From the NCBI GenBank assembly GCA_024704765.1, contig JAKMXF010000088.1, positions 558,001 to 622,000 on the forward strand: a stretch of 64,000 nt of DNA, given 5' to 3'. Source of the DNA: Oopsacas minuta. Lineage: Eukaryota > Animalia > Porifera. Below are positions 1 to 10,137 of this stretch, piece after piece; the first letter of the stretch is position 1, and the number at the start of each line of letters is the position of its first letter. Under the pieces are notes generated by a model. That model was not told the DNA's origin and did not search any database. It saw only the letters and a program-made list of their open reading frames with translations. The position numbers and the translations under genes were made by a program.

Positions 1-547
1 CAGTTCGGGTGGTGGTGGGGAAAGGTACGGAGTGTGTCCCAAGTGCACTCACAGCCCCAAGACACTAGGCTGCAGCCCTGAGGGACTACCACAAAGATAT
101 GAATATATTGCTATTATTTACAATATATGAATGTTGTAACATTGATAAATACAATTAAATATAACAACCAACATTTGTCACTATTTCTTATGTAATGGGA
201 TAGATTATACGTAATGGCTTGCTGTATTATAATTTATGGACTAACAATAAGCCAATTCATAGCGTTAATTCTTATTTGAATAATTCATAATGGAGGTTCT
301 TATAACATATGGGCATCCTCCTTCTTATACTGCCAGTGTTTCATCCAGACGTTTTGGCAAGGGGTGGAGGACTAAGACCTCCCCAGCATAGGCGTAGCTC
401 TCAATATTTTACGAAAGTAAAACTGGATAAAACGTAAATATTTCCAATAATTTTAATTTAACAGGAGTACGTATTCTATAATTACTAATAAAGTTCTCTC
501 AAACACTGAATACACAACAAAATACGAACAATACAAAGGTGAATACT

Positions 548-1387
548 TCAATTTCTAGGTCTCTGTGACTTTGACCATTCAACCTTTAGTATCAAATGAT
601 CATAAGCATGTCCATTGAGTTTCTGTATAACTCTCTCTCCAATTTCTCTACGCTGAAATGTAGCGAACGCAACTCCTTTATGAGAATCTCTGTTTCGTCT
701 ATCTTTAGGCATGTGTAGTCTGTTTAGCCGTCCAAAAGCTATAAGTAATTCCTTTACATCTTGTTCCGTAGTGTCCAATGAGAGATTTGATATCTTGACG
801 GCAGGCTGGGGGTCATCCAAGTTGTACCCGCCACCACCTACCCCAGGATTATACCCCGGCCGTGTATGCGGGAGCGTATAAGTACCAGGGAGTGCTTTGG
901 ACTGTTCAGTGGGTTGTGTGGGTATCTCCGTTTTTGATTCGTTTTTGGCAATATCTTTGATTTTATCGATTAAGCCGCTTAGCTCTTTGGGGATTCCTAA
1001 TTCGAGTTCATCTTTGTTTGTTGTTAGACGGAAACAAATTTCTTCTGATTCTTTAGTTGTAGCCATATCTACTCCATCTTTATCATGAACCGCTTCTCCG
1101 AATTTTGTCCATTCTCTTCGGAGAGCTATTCCCTTTGGGACAGCTGTCTTTTCGATTTTGTAGGTCCGTGTGATTTTTTCCTTTTGGTTCTTAGCGTTGT
1201 AGCGGTAGGAGATCTCGGTACGGATGCCTTTTCCCTCGTCGATATGGTTTTGGGAGTCAGGAAGGGTCGATTTGGAAGGTTTCCCTTCTGGAGATATTCT
1301 GTCCATCTCATCAGCCCAATCGATACGTCCTGTATCGGGGGACCACTCACTGTCGTCTGCGGTAAACATATTTTGGTTGGCTGCCAT
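548..1387 (-). CDS. EIF3G: Eukaryotic translation initiation factor 3 subunit G (intronless)
   Basis: N-terminal IDWADEM motif, eIF3g domain (RREWTKFG...DMATTKESEEICF) and C-terminal RRM (AVKISNLS...KGVAFATF...GHAYDHLILKVEWSK). Likely start MAANQ at 1387; the upstream ATG at 1468 adds an AT-rich non-homologous leader. Confidence 0.95.
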   Translation of the reverse strand: MAANQNMFTADDSEWSPDTGRIDWADEMDRISPEGKPSKSTLPDSQNHIDEGKGIRTEISYRYNAKNQKEKITRTYKIEKTAVPKGIALRREWTKFGEAVHDKDGVDMATTKESEEICFRLTTNKDELELGIPKELSGLIDKIKDIAKNESKTEIPTQPTEQSKALPGTYTLPHTRPGYNPGVGGGGYNLDDPQPAVKISNLSLDTTEQDVKELLIAFGRLNRLHMPKDRRNRDSHKGVAFATFQRREIGERVIQKLNGHAYDHLILKVEWSKSQRPRN

Positions 1388-1561
1388 TGTGTCTTGTTTA
1401 TTATAAATGTTTGTAACGAACTTTGTATGAATAATTAATAAATTGTGAAGGATTAAATACACACACAAACATTATTTGAATTCAGTAAATAAATATATAA
1501 ATACAATAATTCATTCAAACACAAATACAAACACAAACACAAACACAAACAAACAAACAAA

Positions 1562-2476
1562 CTACATATCGCCTGGAGTGATATCACCAACTCCAGCCCC
1601 AAAAGCGAGGGGACCGAATTCAACAGGTTTGAATTTAGGGGTCTTACGAGATTTCTTTCCAGAGCGATCCCGTTTTAAGAGGGGAGGGAAGTTTCCCTTT
1701 TTTACCCCTATCGTATAGAGAGTATACACCTCTAGGTATTGTGGAGATTTCAAATACTTCACGAATAGATCGGTGTTATTTTTCATTGATTCGCATTGTT
1801 CACGAAGCGGATCGATTAACGGATTATCGAAAACGCGAAAAAATGATTTCTCAGGGTTTGAGAAATCAAGTAGGCCGAGATCAGGCGGAAGGATATGTAT
1901 TTGGTTACCATTCAAATGCAATTCTTTGAGCTTAGGAAGTCTTCCTATATCCACAGGTACATCACGGATATTGTTATCTCTAAGGACTAAAACTTCTAAT
2001 TTCAGAAAGGTACCGATTTCTAATGGAACCGAGAGCAATTCGTTGTCACCGAGGAATAGCGCACGGAGTGTTCCGCCTAAGTATTTGAAATTCCCAGGGA
2101 ATGAACCGTTGGTAAGGTTATTATATGTCAAATCTAACACCTGTAGCGATGGACAACTGCCGAAGCCTCGCGGGAGCTGTACCAACCGGTTTAAACCGGC
2201 ATTTAACTCACGGAGTTTCGGAATGTCCCGGAGTTCACCTGGTAACTCCTCCAGATTGTTATTGAATACGTTCAAATACTCCAAGTTAGATAATGAAAAT
2301 ATATTAGGATCTAATTCGTCTAGCCTGTTATGACTAAGGTTTAGTCTAGTTAGATGTGTGAAGGAGCATATCCCAGGCAATTCTGTGAGACTACCAATAT
2401 TCTCATCAGATATTATTAACTCACGGTCTCTCTTTGATCTGTTCGATTCTAATATTTTACGGATATTGCGACTCAT
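1562..2476 (-). CDS. RSU1: Ras suppressor protein 1 (LRR protein), intronless
   Basis: MSRNIRKILESNR...LTRLNLSHNRL...LRELNAGLNRL..LPRGFGSCPSLQVLDLTYNNL...LRALFLGDN follows RSU1 along its length. Confidence 0.94.
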   Translation of the reverse strand: MSRNIRKILESNRSKRDRELIISDENIGSLTELPGICSFTHLTRLNLSHNRLDELDPNIFSLSNLEYLNVFNNNLEELPGELRDIPKLRELNAGLNRLVQLPRGFGSCPSLQVLDLTYNNLTNGSFPGNFKYLGGTLRALFLGDNELLSVPLEIGTFLKLEVLVLRDNNIRDVPVDIGRLPKLKELHLNGNQIHILPPDLGLLDFSNPEKSFFRVFDNPLIDPLREQCESMKNNTDLFVKYLKSPQYLEVYTLYTIGVKKGNFPPLLKRDRSGKKSRKTPKFKPVEFGPLAFGAGVGDITPGDM

Positions 2477-2810
2477 TGGTGTTCTAATTTGTTAACAAAA
2501 ATATGAAAATAAAGTAGAATCCCTGTTATATCGAAGTTCGAGGGACCTCAATAATTACTTCGATATATCCGTGTTCTATATAACGAGAGGTGACCTCAAT
2601 GCTTAAAAAGTTAAAATGAATCTGTGGCAATCTATGTGATCTGTCAAATGCCTAGAACGGTACCACCGGATGTAGAGAGAGTCTGGACACTTCGTCACCC
2701 TCGTGGCACTCCCTGTTACCTCCCATCTATATTATTTGACACAGGAATATACGTATAGACACCAAACACACAAAATATGCAATCCATAAATATACATACA
2801 ATCAAAATAC

Positions 2811-5192
2811 TCACGAATACGAGCTTGACTTATGTTCAAAAGGATTCAAAGATATATTCTCATAATTTTGGCTAATCTTTACATTCTCATAATCAGAAAT
2901 AGAAGCAGATACATCCGAAGATCTTCTGTGATCTTTCATTATAGGTAAAAAATCTGAAGGTGTAAACTGGTCAGCTGTTTGTATTTTAACACCTTCAGAT
3001 CTCGTCATTTTCCCCTCAATACTTGGGTCTGGATCTAACTTGGACATAGTAGTTATCATTACATTATTCTCGTAAGGTGGGCCTAGTTTCTTTGCTAATT
3101 CCATTGCATGCATTTGGTTGTCATGCTCTGACTGCTGGACAGCTTTATGTAAGGCCTCTGTCGCGACAATATCTACAGCGATATAGTCCCCACGGGGTAT
3201 AGAGGTAGAGTGAATTTGTTGAGAAGGTTCATTGTTAAATTCTATTGTTGAATAGTTGAGCTGTCTAGTAGATGATTGATTGTCTAAAGAATAGAATATT
3301 CTAGAATAATTAGGAAACGAACTAGAGTTAACTCCCGTTATATCAAAGCTCAAGGGACCGCGAAAATTACTCTGATGTAAGCGATGACATTTTTGTTACT
3401 TTTGGGACCATATTTGTACAATTCAAGACTTTGATATATACGTGTTCTGACTGGAGTTGACTGTAACAATCAAACAACAGACATACAAATAAACAAACAA
3501 ACAAAACCATACGCTGTATTGGTTGCATATCTCTAGCCTGTTTAGGTAATGTTAGAGTATGAGAGAGAGATGGTTTCTAAAAGAACATTCATAAATAATA
3601 AATATTATCAAACAACATTATTCACTACATACCTGTGAAAGAGGCATTGATTTGGTTGATTTACTAATAGACGGATGTGACTTATGTCCAACTACAGATG
3701 ATGATCTAGCCATCTCATCGAATAACTGCTTAATAGCCTGAGGAATATTATAATGAAATAACAAAATATTAACTACAGTCAACTCTGGTTATATCGAAGC
3801 TCAAAATACCGCGATAATTACTTTGAGGTCCATATTTGGTCATTTTTAGACTAAGACATAAGCGGTTTCGATATATTTGTGTTGGCTATAACTGGAGTTG
3901 ACTGTAAATCGATCGAATAATCAAAAATAATAAACACAATTACCTCTGCTTCAGTTGTAGACAGAATTACAATAAATTTCTTGTCCTCTTCAAATCTCTG
4001 TGATAGTTCAAACACGAAATCTTTACCAGCACCATATCTATAAATAGTAACCATAATGCATAATATAGCAACGATAACAACCAATAGTTATTTAGGGATT
4101 GAAGTGATAAATATTCACAGGAAATTTTAAAGTTTGTCAAAGGGGTAACTACTCACCTTCTAACATCAGATATCAGCCATTTTCCTAAACACACAGGGAG
4201 AGCATTACCCGTTATAATAACAGATGTTGAGAGTAGTCTCAGTTCAGCTTTCCCCTCTCTTATCAATGAATTCTTCTTAACATTAACATAGTATATCTTC
4301 TGTTCTTCAAATAGCTATAGTAAATATATGATAGGTCACTTTGGGACATGAGGCCAATTTGAAGGGGAAGTGAGTCAACATATGTCGTGGAATGAAATGT
4401 CCGTATCCGATTTTGATCCAATCAATCGGAAGTAATTAGGTCATCAGCGGTTCCATATACCCCTTGGTTCTCCACACACACGAAGCTGGGGGTCCATAAG
4501 ATTCTAAAATATGTATTGCAGACCATGGGAGAGCTCCACAGGATGCTCAAGCTTATCCAATGGCCCTTTGAGTCTACTCAAATTTAGTCATAACAAAAAT
4601 ACAACTCACTTGAGATATTACATCAACCCATTCATCTTTATCCTTCTTATCAGGAGGCGTCATAAGATAGGTGATATTCTTAGTTATAATTGCCAGGACA
4701 TGAGGTAGTCCATCAAACTCTCCTATCTCAAATCCACAGAAGTCTTCATGACAGATAGAATAGCCTTCTACTGTGAAGCTGGATGCTTTAACTGAATCAG
4801 GGTATGTCTTTAGTTCACTGTAATTACCTGGGAATATATCAGTCAACTACCGTTATATCCAACACGTATATATATATATAGAAATGCCCGCTTATTTCGA
4901 TCTCAAGAGACAGTGATAATAGCTTCTATAGAAGCGGAGTTCGATATAACCGATGACATACTTTGACAGTTTGAGGCCATATATAAGCGGGTATTTCTAT
5001 ATAACATGAGTTTAATGTAATGTACTCAGGTATAAGACACTCACCGCATTTCCTAAGCATCAGCCAAACATCTTTCCATGCTTTATACTTAATCTGTACT
5101 CCATTACATTTTCCCCTGGGGGAGAGTATCTCCTTGAATTTCACCCAACCAGCCTTACAAATCATCAGATCACCGATTTTAGTTACACTCAT
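2811..5192 (-). CDS. Multi-exon PH + IRS-type PTB docking protein (DOK/FRS2/IRS-like adaptor)
   Basis: Exon 1 (5192-5045) GWVKFK..WKDVWLMLRK and exon ~4830-4590 ..KKDKDEWVDVISQ form a PH domain. Exons ~4315-4157 and 4040-3944 join to give GKWLISDVRRYGAGKDFVFE (IRS-PTB signature). The last exon carries LNYSTIEF, DYIAVDIVATEAL, YENN, YENV and YENI. Boundaries read by eye. Confidence 0.75.
3325..3463. mobile_element. Family-A Tc1/pogo-type MITE
   Basis: TIR consensus cagtcaactcccgttatatcgaa, core gggaccatatttgtacaa, TA flanks. Confidence 0.85.
3776..3904. mobile_element. Family-A MITE
   Basis: ta|cagtcaactc...gagttgactg|ta. Confidence 0.88.
4840..5017. mobile_element. Family-A MITE
   Basis: cagtcaactaccgttatatc...tataacatgagtttaatg|ta. 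Confidence 0.75.
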
Positions 5193-5660
5193 TCCCTGGC
5201 TAAAATATTATTTGATAAAGAAAATCGAGTTTGTATTTATAACTATTTTAGCGTATGAAACTATTGAAGTTATTAATCTTTCAATTAGGGGGCATTCTAT
5301 AGTGTAGGGTTAATTTGACATTCCATTGAGTGTAGTTGGTTGTTAGGAACTGTATAGATGGATTGTCTACGCGTGACACTGCTTAAAACAATAATAATGA
5401 TTAATTCGTTTGTGCGTCGTGTCAAACAGTAAACAAAGTAAGTTTGTGAATGTTTTTTGCGGAATAGTTAGCATTTTGGTAAGACTCCTGCTTATCCGGG
5501 CATAAATTATTTGGCAAGTCATTGGCGGATCCACGGGTGGGGCGGATACGTTGCTAATGGGAGGATGAAGCCCCTCCTTTCGTATATAGCAGTTACCCCA
5601 GATACCCCTAATGCAGAATCAAGTTTGGCTAGATTATTGTCTTATTATAACTCCAATGTA

Positions 5661-6034
5661 AATCAGCTACACAACAGGATAATATAATGATTTATCACAT
5701 CTGTCCTTCGTATAACACGTTCTACAATCAAATTCGACTGGGGGTTTTAATATTTTCCACGAATCAACCAAATTCTGCCTAGTATAACGTCATAAATATT
5801 GAGATAATGATGAAGCCAATGTCAATGAATTTCTAATAAACCTGTTTCAGCTCCAAATATTTACGATCTAACTTTTCATTATTATATTATCATTATTTGG
5901 GGCAGAATTGGTTGATTCGTGGAAAACATTAAAGTGCGGAGTCAAATTTGTTAGTAGAACGTGTTATACGAAGGACGGAGGTGATAAATAATTATATTAT
6001 CATGTCAGTAATGTACTTATTGTGTAGCTGGATT
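5661..6034. repeat. Long imperfect inverted repeat (foldback element)
   Basis: 5679-5779 is the reverse complement of 5901-6000 with about 13 differences in ~100 nt. Outer arms aatcagctacacaa / ttgtgtagctggatt. Loop about 120 nt. Confidence 0.85.
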
Positions 6035-6278
6035 AGATTAGATTATGGTGAGATAACGACAATGCTCTAGCAAAATGAATCCGGACTTGTAGCTGAAACA
6101 GGTTTGGTTGCCTTTGTTCATAAAATGATCAGGTAAATTCTATTTTCCTTCCAAAATACGTTTCATACTTACCAACCCACCCGGGGTGCTGTATTTCTGG
6201 ATATTTTCGGTGGAATAGTGGAAATAACGTGAATAAATATTTGAATACATTTGAAGGTTTGTTATTTAGAGAATAAGA

Positions 6279-6529
6279 ATGGGAAAAAAGAAGAGCAAAT
6301 GGCATAAAAAACCAAAATTAGTCGAGTTTGGAATGGTTTCAATCGAGAATGCTAAATTACCAAAAATTGATAAAATTCCAGACGCGAATTGGAATCAATT
6401 TCTGAAAGAATTGAAAGTTTCAGAAAAATCAAAAATGATAAAAAAGAAAAAGAAAACAAAAATTCGGGAAAGACCCAAACAAAAATCAGCTAACAAGTTT
6501 CCTAAGGAGGATCTGACACCTCCAAAAAG

Positions 6530-6576
<47 letters not shown>

Positions 6577-7136
6577 TGGACCTATCGCCCAAACTTTCTC
6601 CCAAAATAACAAAACACATCGCTATAGATTGTGAAATGGTAGGTGTTGGTATAAACGGTAAGGAAAATATGCTAGCTAGATGTTCTATCGTAAACACAAA
6701 CTGTGAAGTTATTTATGACAAATATGTTAAGCCACGAGAACAGGTAATTGACTTTAGATATGAATTATCCGGCGTCACAGCTAAAGATATCGAAAACGGG
6801 GAAGATTTTCTAACGGTACAAAAAGAAGTTACTGATATGATTTCGAATAGAATTCTAGTTGGACATACAATTAGATGTGATTTGAAAGTTCTATTTATAG
6901 ATCATCCTAGACACGATACAAGAGATATATCTATGTATAAGCCGTTGAAGGAGAGAGCAGGTCGTTATCGACCTGGTTTGCGACTTATGTGCGAAACTAT
7001 CCTTGGCAAAACGATACAAGAAGGGCATCATGATAGTGTGGAAGATGCGAGAGCTACTATGCAATTGTTCTTGCTTGTGAAGAAGAAATGGGAGAGAAGT
7101 GTTGAACAACAAAGGAATAAACGGAAAAATATGTGA
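6279..7136 (+). CDS. REXO4: RNA exonuclease 4 (DEDDh 3'-5' exonuclease), intronless
   Basis: IAIDCEMVGVG...LARCSIVN...YDKYVKP...VIDFRYELSG, ILVGHTIRCDL and HDSVEDARATM motifs; lysine-rich N-terminus. Confidence 0.92.
6531..6575 (+). repeat. (CAA)15 coding microsatellite (polyQ in REXO4)
   Basis: 15 uninterrupted CAA codons. Confidence 0.95.
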
Positions 7137-7252
7137 GATTCGTTTAAAATTCGTTTTCTCATATTTTAGCATAAATATCGATTAGTCATTAATTCACTTT
7201 ATGCCACAATTTTTGTGGCTCAACCACTTTGCATGCTTAGAGGGATAATATA

Positions 7253-7321
7253 CAGCCAATCCCCGTTATATCGAAGTAATTATCGCGGTCCCTTGAGCTT
7301 AGATATAACGGGAGTTTACTG
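7253..7321. mobile_element. Family-A MITE, 69-bp internally deleted copy
   Basis: ta|cagccaatccccgttatatcgaa...gatataacgggagtttactg|ta. Confidence 0.85.
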
Positions 7322-7464
7322 TAAACCCCTTTTCAGTTATAGGTCACTCCTCTTAATCGGGCTAAACCCCCTCGACTTATGCTAGCTCATTAATTAAGCA
7401 TGTGTCGCATGAATTTTTGTCCATGGTCCATTTTCTTATAATTATATTATTGCTTAGCTACCAA

Positions 7465-8472
7465 ATGCTTTTCAACTATTTCCTCTTATTTGTACTAATT
7501 ACTTCCACAATCACCCAATCAACTGCTTTTGAACCTTTGAGCTCATTCACAGTAGGTGTAACATTCCTTGGAGGGATAGCAACCAATTTAATAGGTTCTC
7601 TACTATACTGTAATTACAAAGAATGTTGTGATGAACCATGGACGACTGGAAATATCACAAATCTTACACAGAGTTTGAATGAAAGAGTTTATGGACAACA
7701 TTTAGTACAAAATTCTGTCCCGAATTTAATTCGAGGACATTTAACTAATGAATCACCACGGAAACCTCTTGTAATTTCGTTCCACGGCTGGACAGGCACC
7801 GGGAAAACTTGGGTCAGTAAATTAATCGCAGAGAACTTATTCAAAAAGGGGCTAAATTCAAAATACGTCGTATTTATACCTGTCCCACTGTGGTTTAGGG
7901 ATCCTTCAAAAACGAGAGAGCAAAGTGAAAAACTTCATCACACAATTGAATCAACATTGGCTCGTTGTAAGCATTCCCTATTCATATTTGACGACATCAA
8001 ATCAATGAATCCGCAATTATTGGATGAGTTATTACCATATTTGAATTATCCACCACCTATGGACGGTATTGACTATACCCGAGCTATATACATCCTCCTG
8101 AGTAACGCAGGAGCGACGAAGATCAATGATTTTACAGTTGATCAATTCAGGGACGGCAGAGACCGTAGTTCGATTAGAATGAATGAAATGCATAACATTA
8201 TAAGTGATGCGATTCATCGGGAAGATGGTGCATTTAAAGACACAGAGTTGGTATCGAGACAAGTAATAGATGCTTCTATCCCATTTCTACCATTAGAGAA
8301 GGCTCACGTAAGGAAATGCATTGAGAGAGCTATTATAGATCGAGGAAGCATACCTATTGACTCTTTGGTTGAAAAAGTATTGAAAGATATCAGATTTGTG
8401 CCAGAAGATCTGGAAAGGTTTTCTGAATCAGGTTGTAAACGCTTGGATGAAATTATAACTGACTTTATATAA
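7465..8472 (+). CDS. Torsin family AAA+ ATPase (ER/nuclear-envelope lumen), intronless
   Basis: Signal peptide MLFNYFLLFVLITSTITQSTA, CNYKECCDEPW, VYGQHLV, KPLVISFHGWTGTGKT, LSNAG, IPFLPLEKAHVRKC and the C-terminal FSESGCK motif. An alternative start at 7423 is possible. Confidence 0.93.
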   Translation: MLFNYFLLFVLITSTITQSTAFEPLSSFTVGVTFLGGIATNLIGSLLYCNYKECCDEPWTTGNITNLTQSLNERVYGQHLVQNSVPNLIRGHLTNESPRKPLVISFHGWTGTGKTWVSKLIAENLFKKGLNSKYVVFIPVPLWFRDPSKTREQSEKLHHTIESTLARCKHSLFIFDDIKSMNPQLLDELLPYLNYPPPMDGIDYTRAIYILLSNAGATKINDFTVDQFRDGRDRSSIRMNEMHNIISDAIHREDGAFKDTELVSRQVIDASIPFLPLEKAHVRKCIERAIIDRGSIPIDSLVEKVLKDIRFVPEDLERFSESGCKRLDEIITDFI

Positions 8473-8719
8473 ATGTTGTGTGTGCTTTTTGTTGATAAAT
8501 ATTTGATATATGATTTCTATGTGTATATTCAGGAATGTAGGAAACAGTATGGAGTTGTGAATGACGGTTATATGTACCATCCTACGTTACTCTCACTGTA
8601 TATTTATGCCGGTTTAGAACATATATTACTACTCCAAAGGGGTTCTTATAATATAATCCGCATCCACTGTAATGACTTTTCTCTTTTAGTCTTACCGCTT
8701 TTGGGATATGCATTGCATA

Positions 8720-8886
8720 AAGTCATCTCCCGTTAATATCGAAATACCCGCTTACATCGCAACTTATATTGTACAAATATGGCCCCAACCCTCAAAGTGA
8801 CATATCTTTCATTGGTTATATCGAACTCCGTTTATATCTAGTAATTATTGCGGTCCCTTGAGCTTCGATATAACTGGAGTTGACTG
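8720..8886. mobile_element. Family-A MITE
   Basis: Both termini and the tgtacaaatatgg core are present. Confidence 0.82.
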
Positions 8887-10137
8887 TATTCTATATCCGA
8901 AATTCTGGGTATTAAACACTATTTCATTCCCTGTCACTACCTTTTCAATGAATATGACTTTGATTAATACGAAATCTGTATAAGGAACTTGGTTCATATT
9001 AACAGTATTTACTTCCATTTCCTTGCTTAATAATCAGCAGTTAATTAAGGTTAATGTAATTATCAATACTATCCGCATATTTGGAAGTCCATTTGATTGA
9101 TTAATCGATTTTGGTAATTGATTCGCTTGCTGACCGCCTGTTCCAGATGGAACTAAGAAATTACATCCTGATGTAGTTCCCTGTTAATATTATCTAATAA
9201 ACAATACAATAGTTCTTAGAGTACATTTCGGTTGTTAAAACTGTTTGTATAGCAAAATTTATTCAATTAATTCCACGCATTATATACATTACATCCGTTT
9301 TATTATGCAACTGTATCTGCAGAAAAGTAATCTGAGTTGGATTTGGAAGCTATCATTTTCATGCTGTAATGCTTACATATACATTGAAGACTTGTGAGAT
9401 TTGATAATAATTATTATTGCGAACGAAGATTCAAATGTAACTTTTAACTTGAGATAGCTTGTAAATTGAAACACATTACAGCAATTCTGCAATCTGAAAG
9501 AGATTACTTAACAATATTTACTTTCTTATATCGTGTTTGTATGAATATTATCTTGCATTTACTCTGGTTAAGTCTTGTAGATTCATTTTTAGTATTTTGC
9601 GTATTTTAACCTGCTCAATTGAGACTTGGGGACATATCTCAAGCAACGAATTTAGCACTCTTGTCATATATCTTTAGTTGTATCAATTCCAATTTTAATC
9701 AGTTATTACAACAACTCTCAATCATGGACAAAGTCTTGAATAAGGCGAATGCTAGATACCATTATATTAAGCCATATATACAGCAGTTTGTAGCTGCATT
9801 TTAGAGTAGGAAAATCATTGAATGGAAAAATGCATCACCAATAGTGTTGAAATTCCAGGGCTTAATGCATTAACAGTAGAAACTCGTTAATATGAATATT
9901 AACACTACAAGGAATGCGAATCTCGACGCATGGAGTCCTGGGTGGTACACGGACGACGGTAGGGGTTTACCGGAACTCAAAATTTGTGTTGTAGTCTATG
10001 GTGAAAAGGTTGGGAGGTTTCTATCCAAGACTTATCCCTTTAATATACGAGTTTCTTAACATTTTAACAACACTCAATTATTACAATTCAAATAATAGAC
10101 TTGTTCAAGAGCTAAATAACACCCATATAGAATCTGT

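Noticed and set aside
1-130. GC-rich stretch at the window start, possibly an exon end
   Set aside because: Truncated by the window edge; frame and strand cannot be determined.
897-2333. Overlapping ORFs (897-1088, 1085-1438, 1126-1350, 1224-1406, 1476-1718, 1741-1929, 1773-2333)
   Set aside because: Shadow frames of eIF3g and RSU1 with no recognisable motifs. The same applies to the shadows over torsin, the IRAG-like gene, PAO, IFT20, SLC44 and CPEB1.
6395-6697. Minus-strand ORF with a poly-cysteine run
   Set aside because: It is the antisense reading of the REXO4 (CAA)15 tract.
9619-9804. Short ORF with a vague hAT-transposase-like helix pattern
   Set aside because: Too short and degenerate, with no catalytic motif; it would need a tBLASTn/HMM hit.
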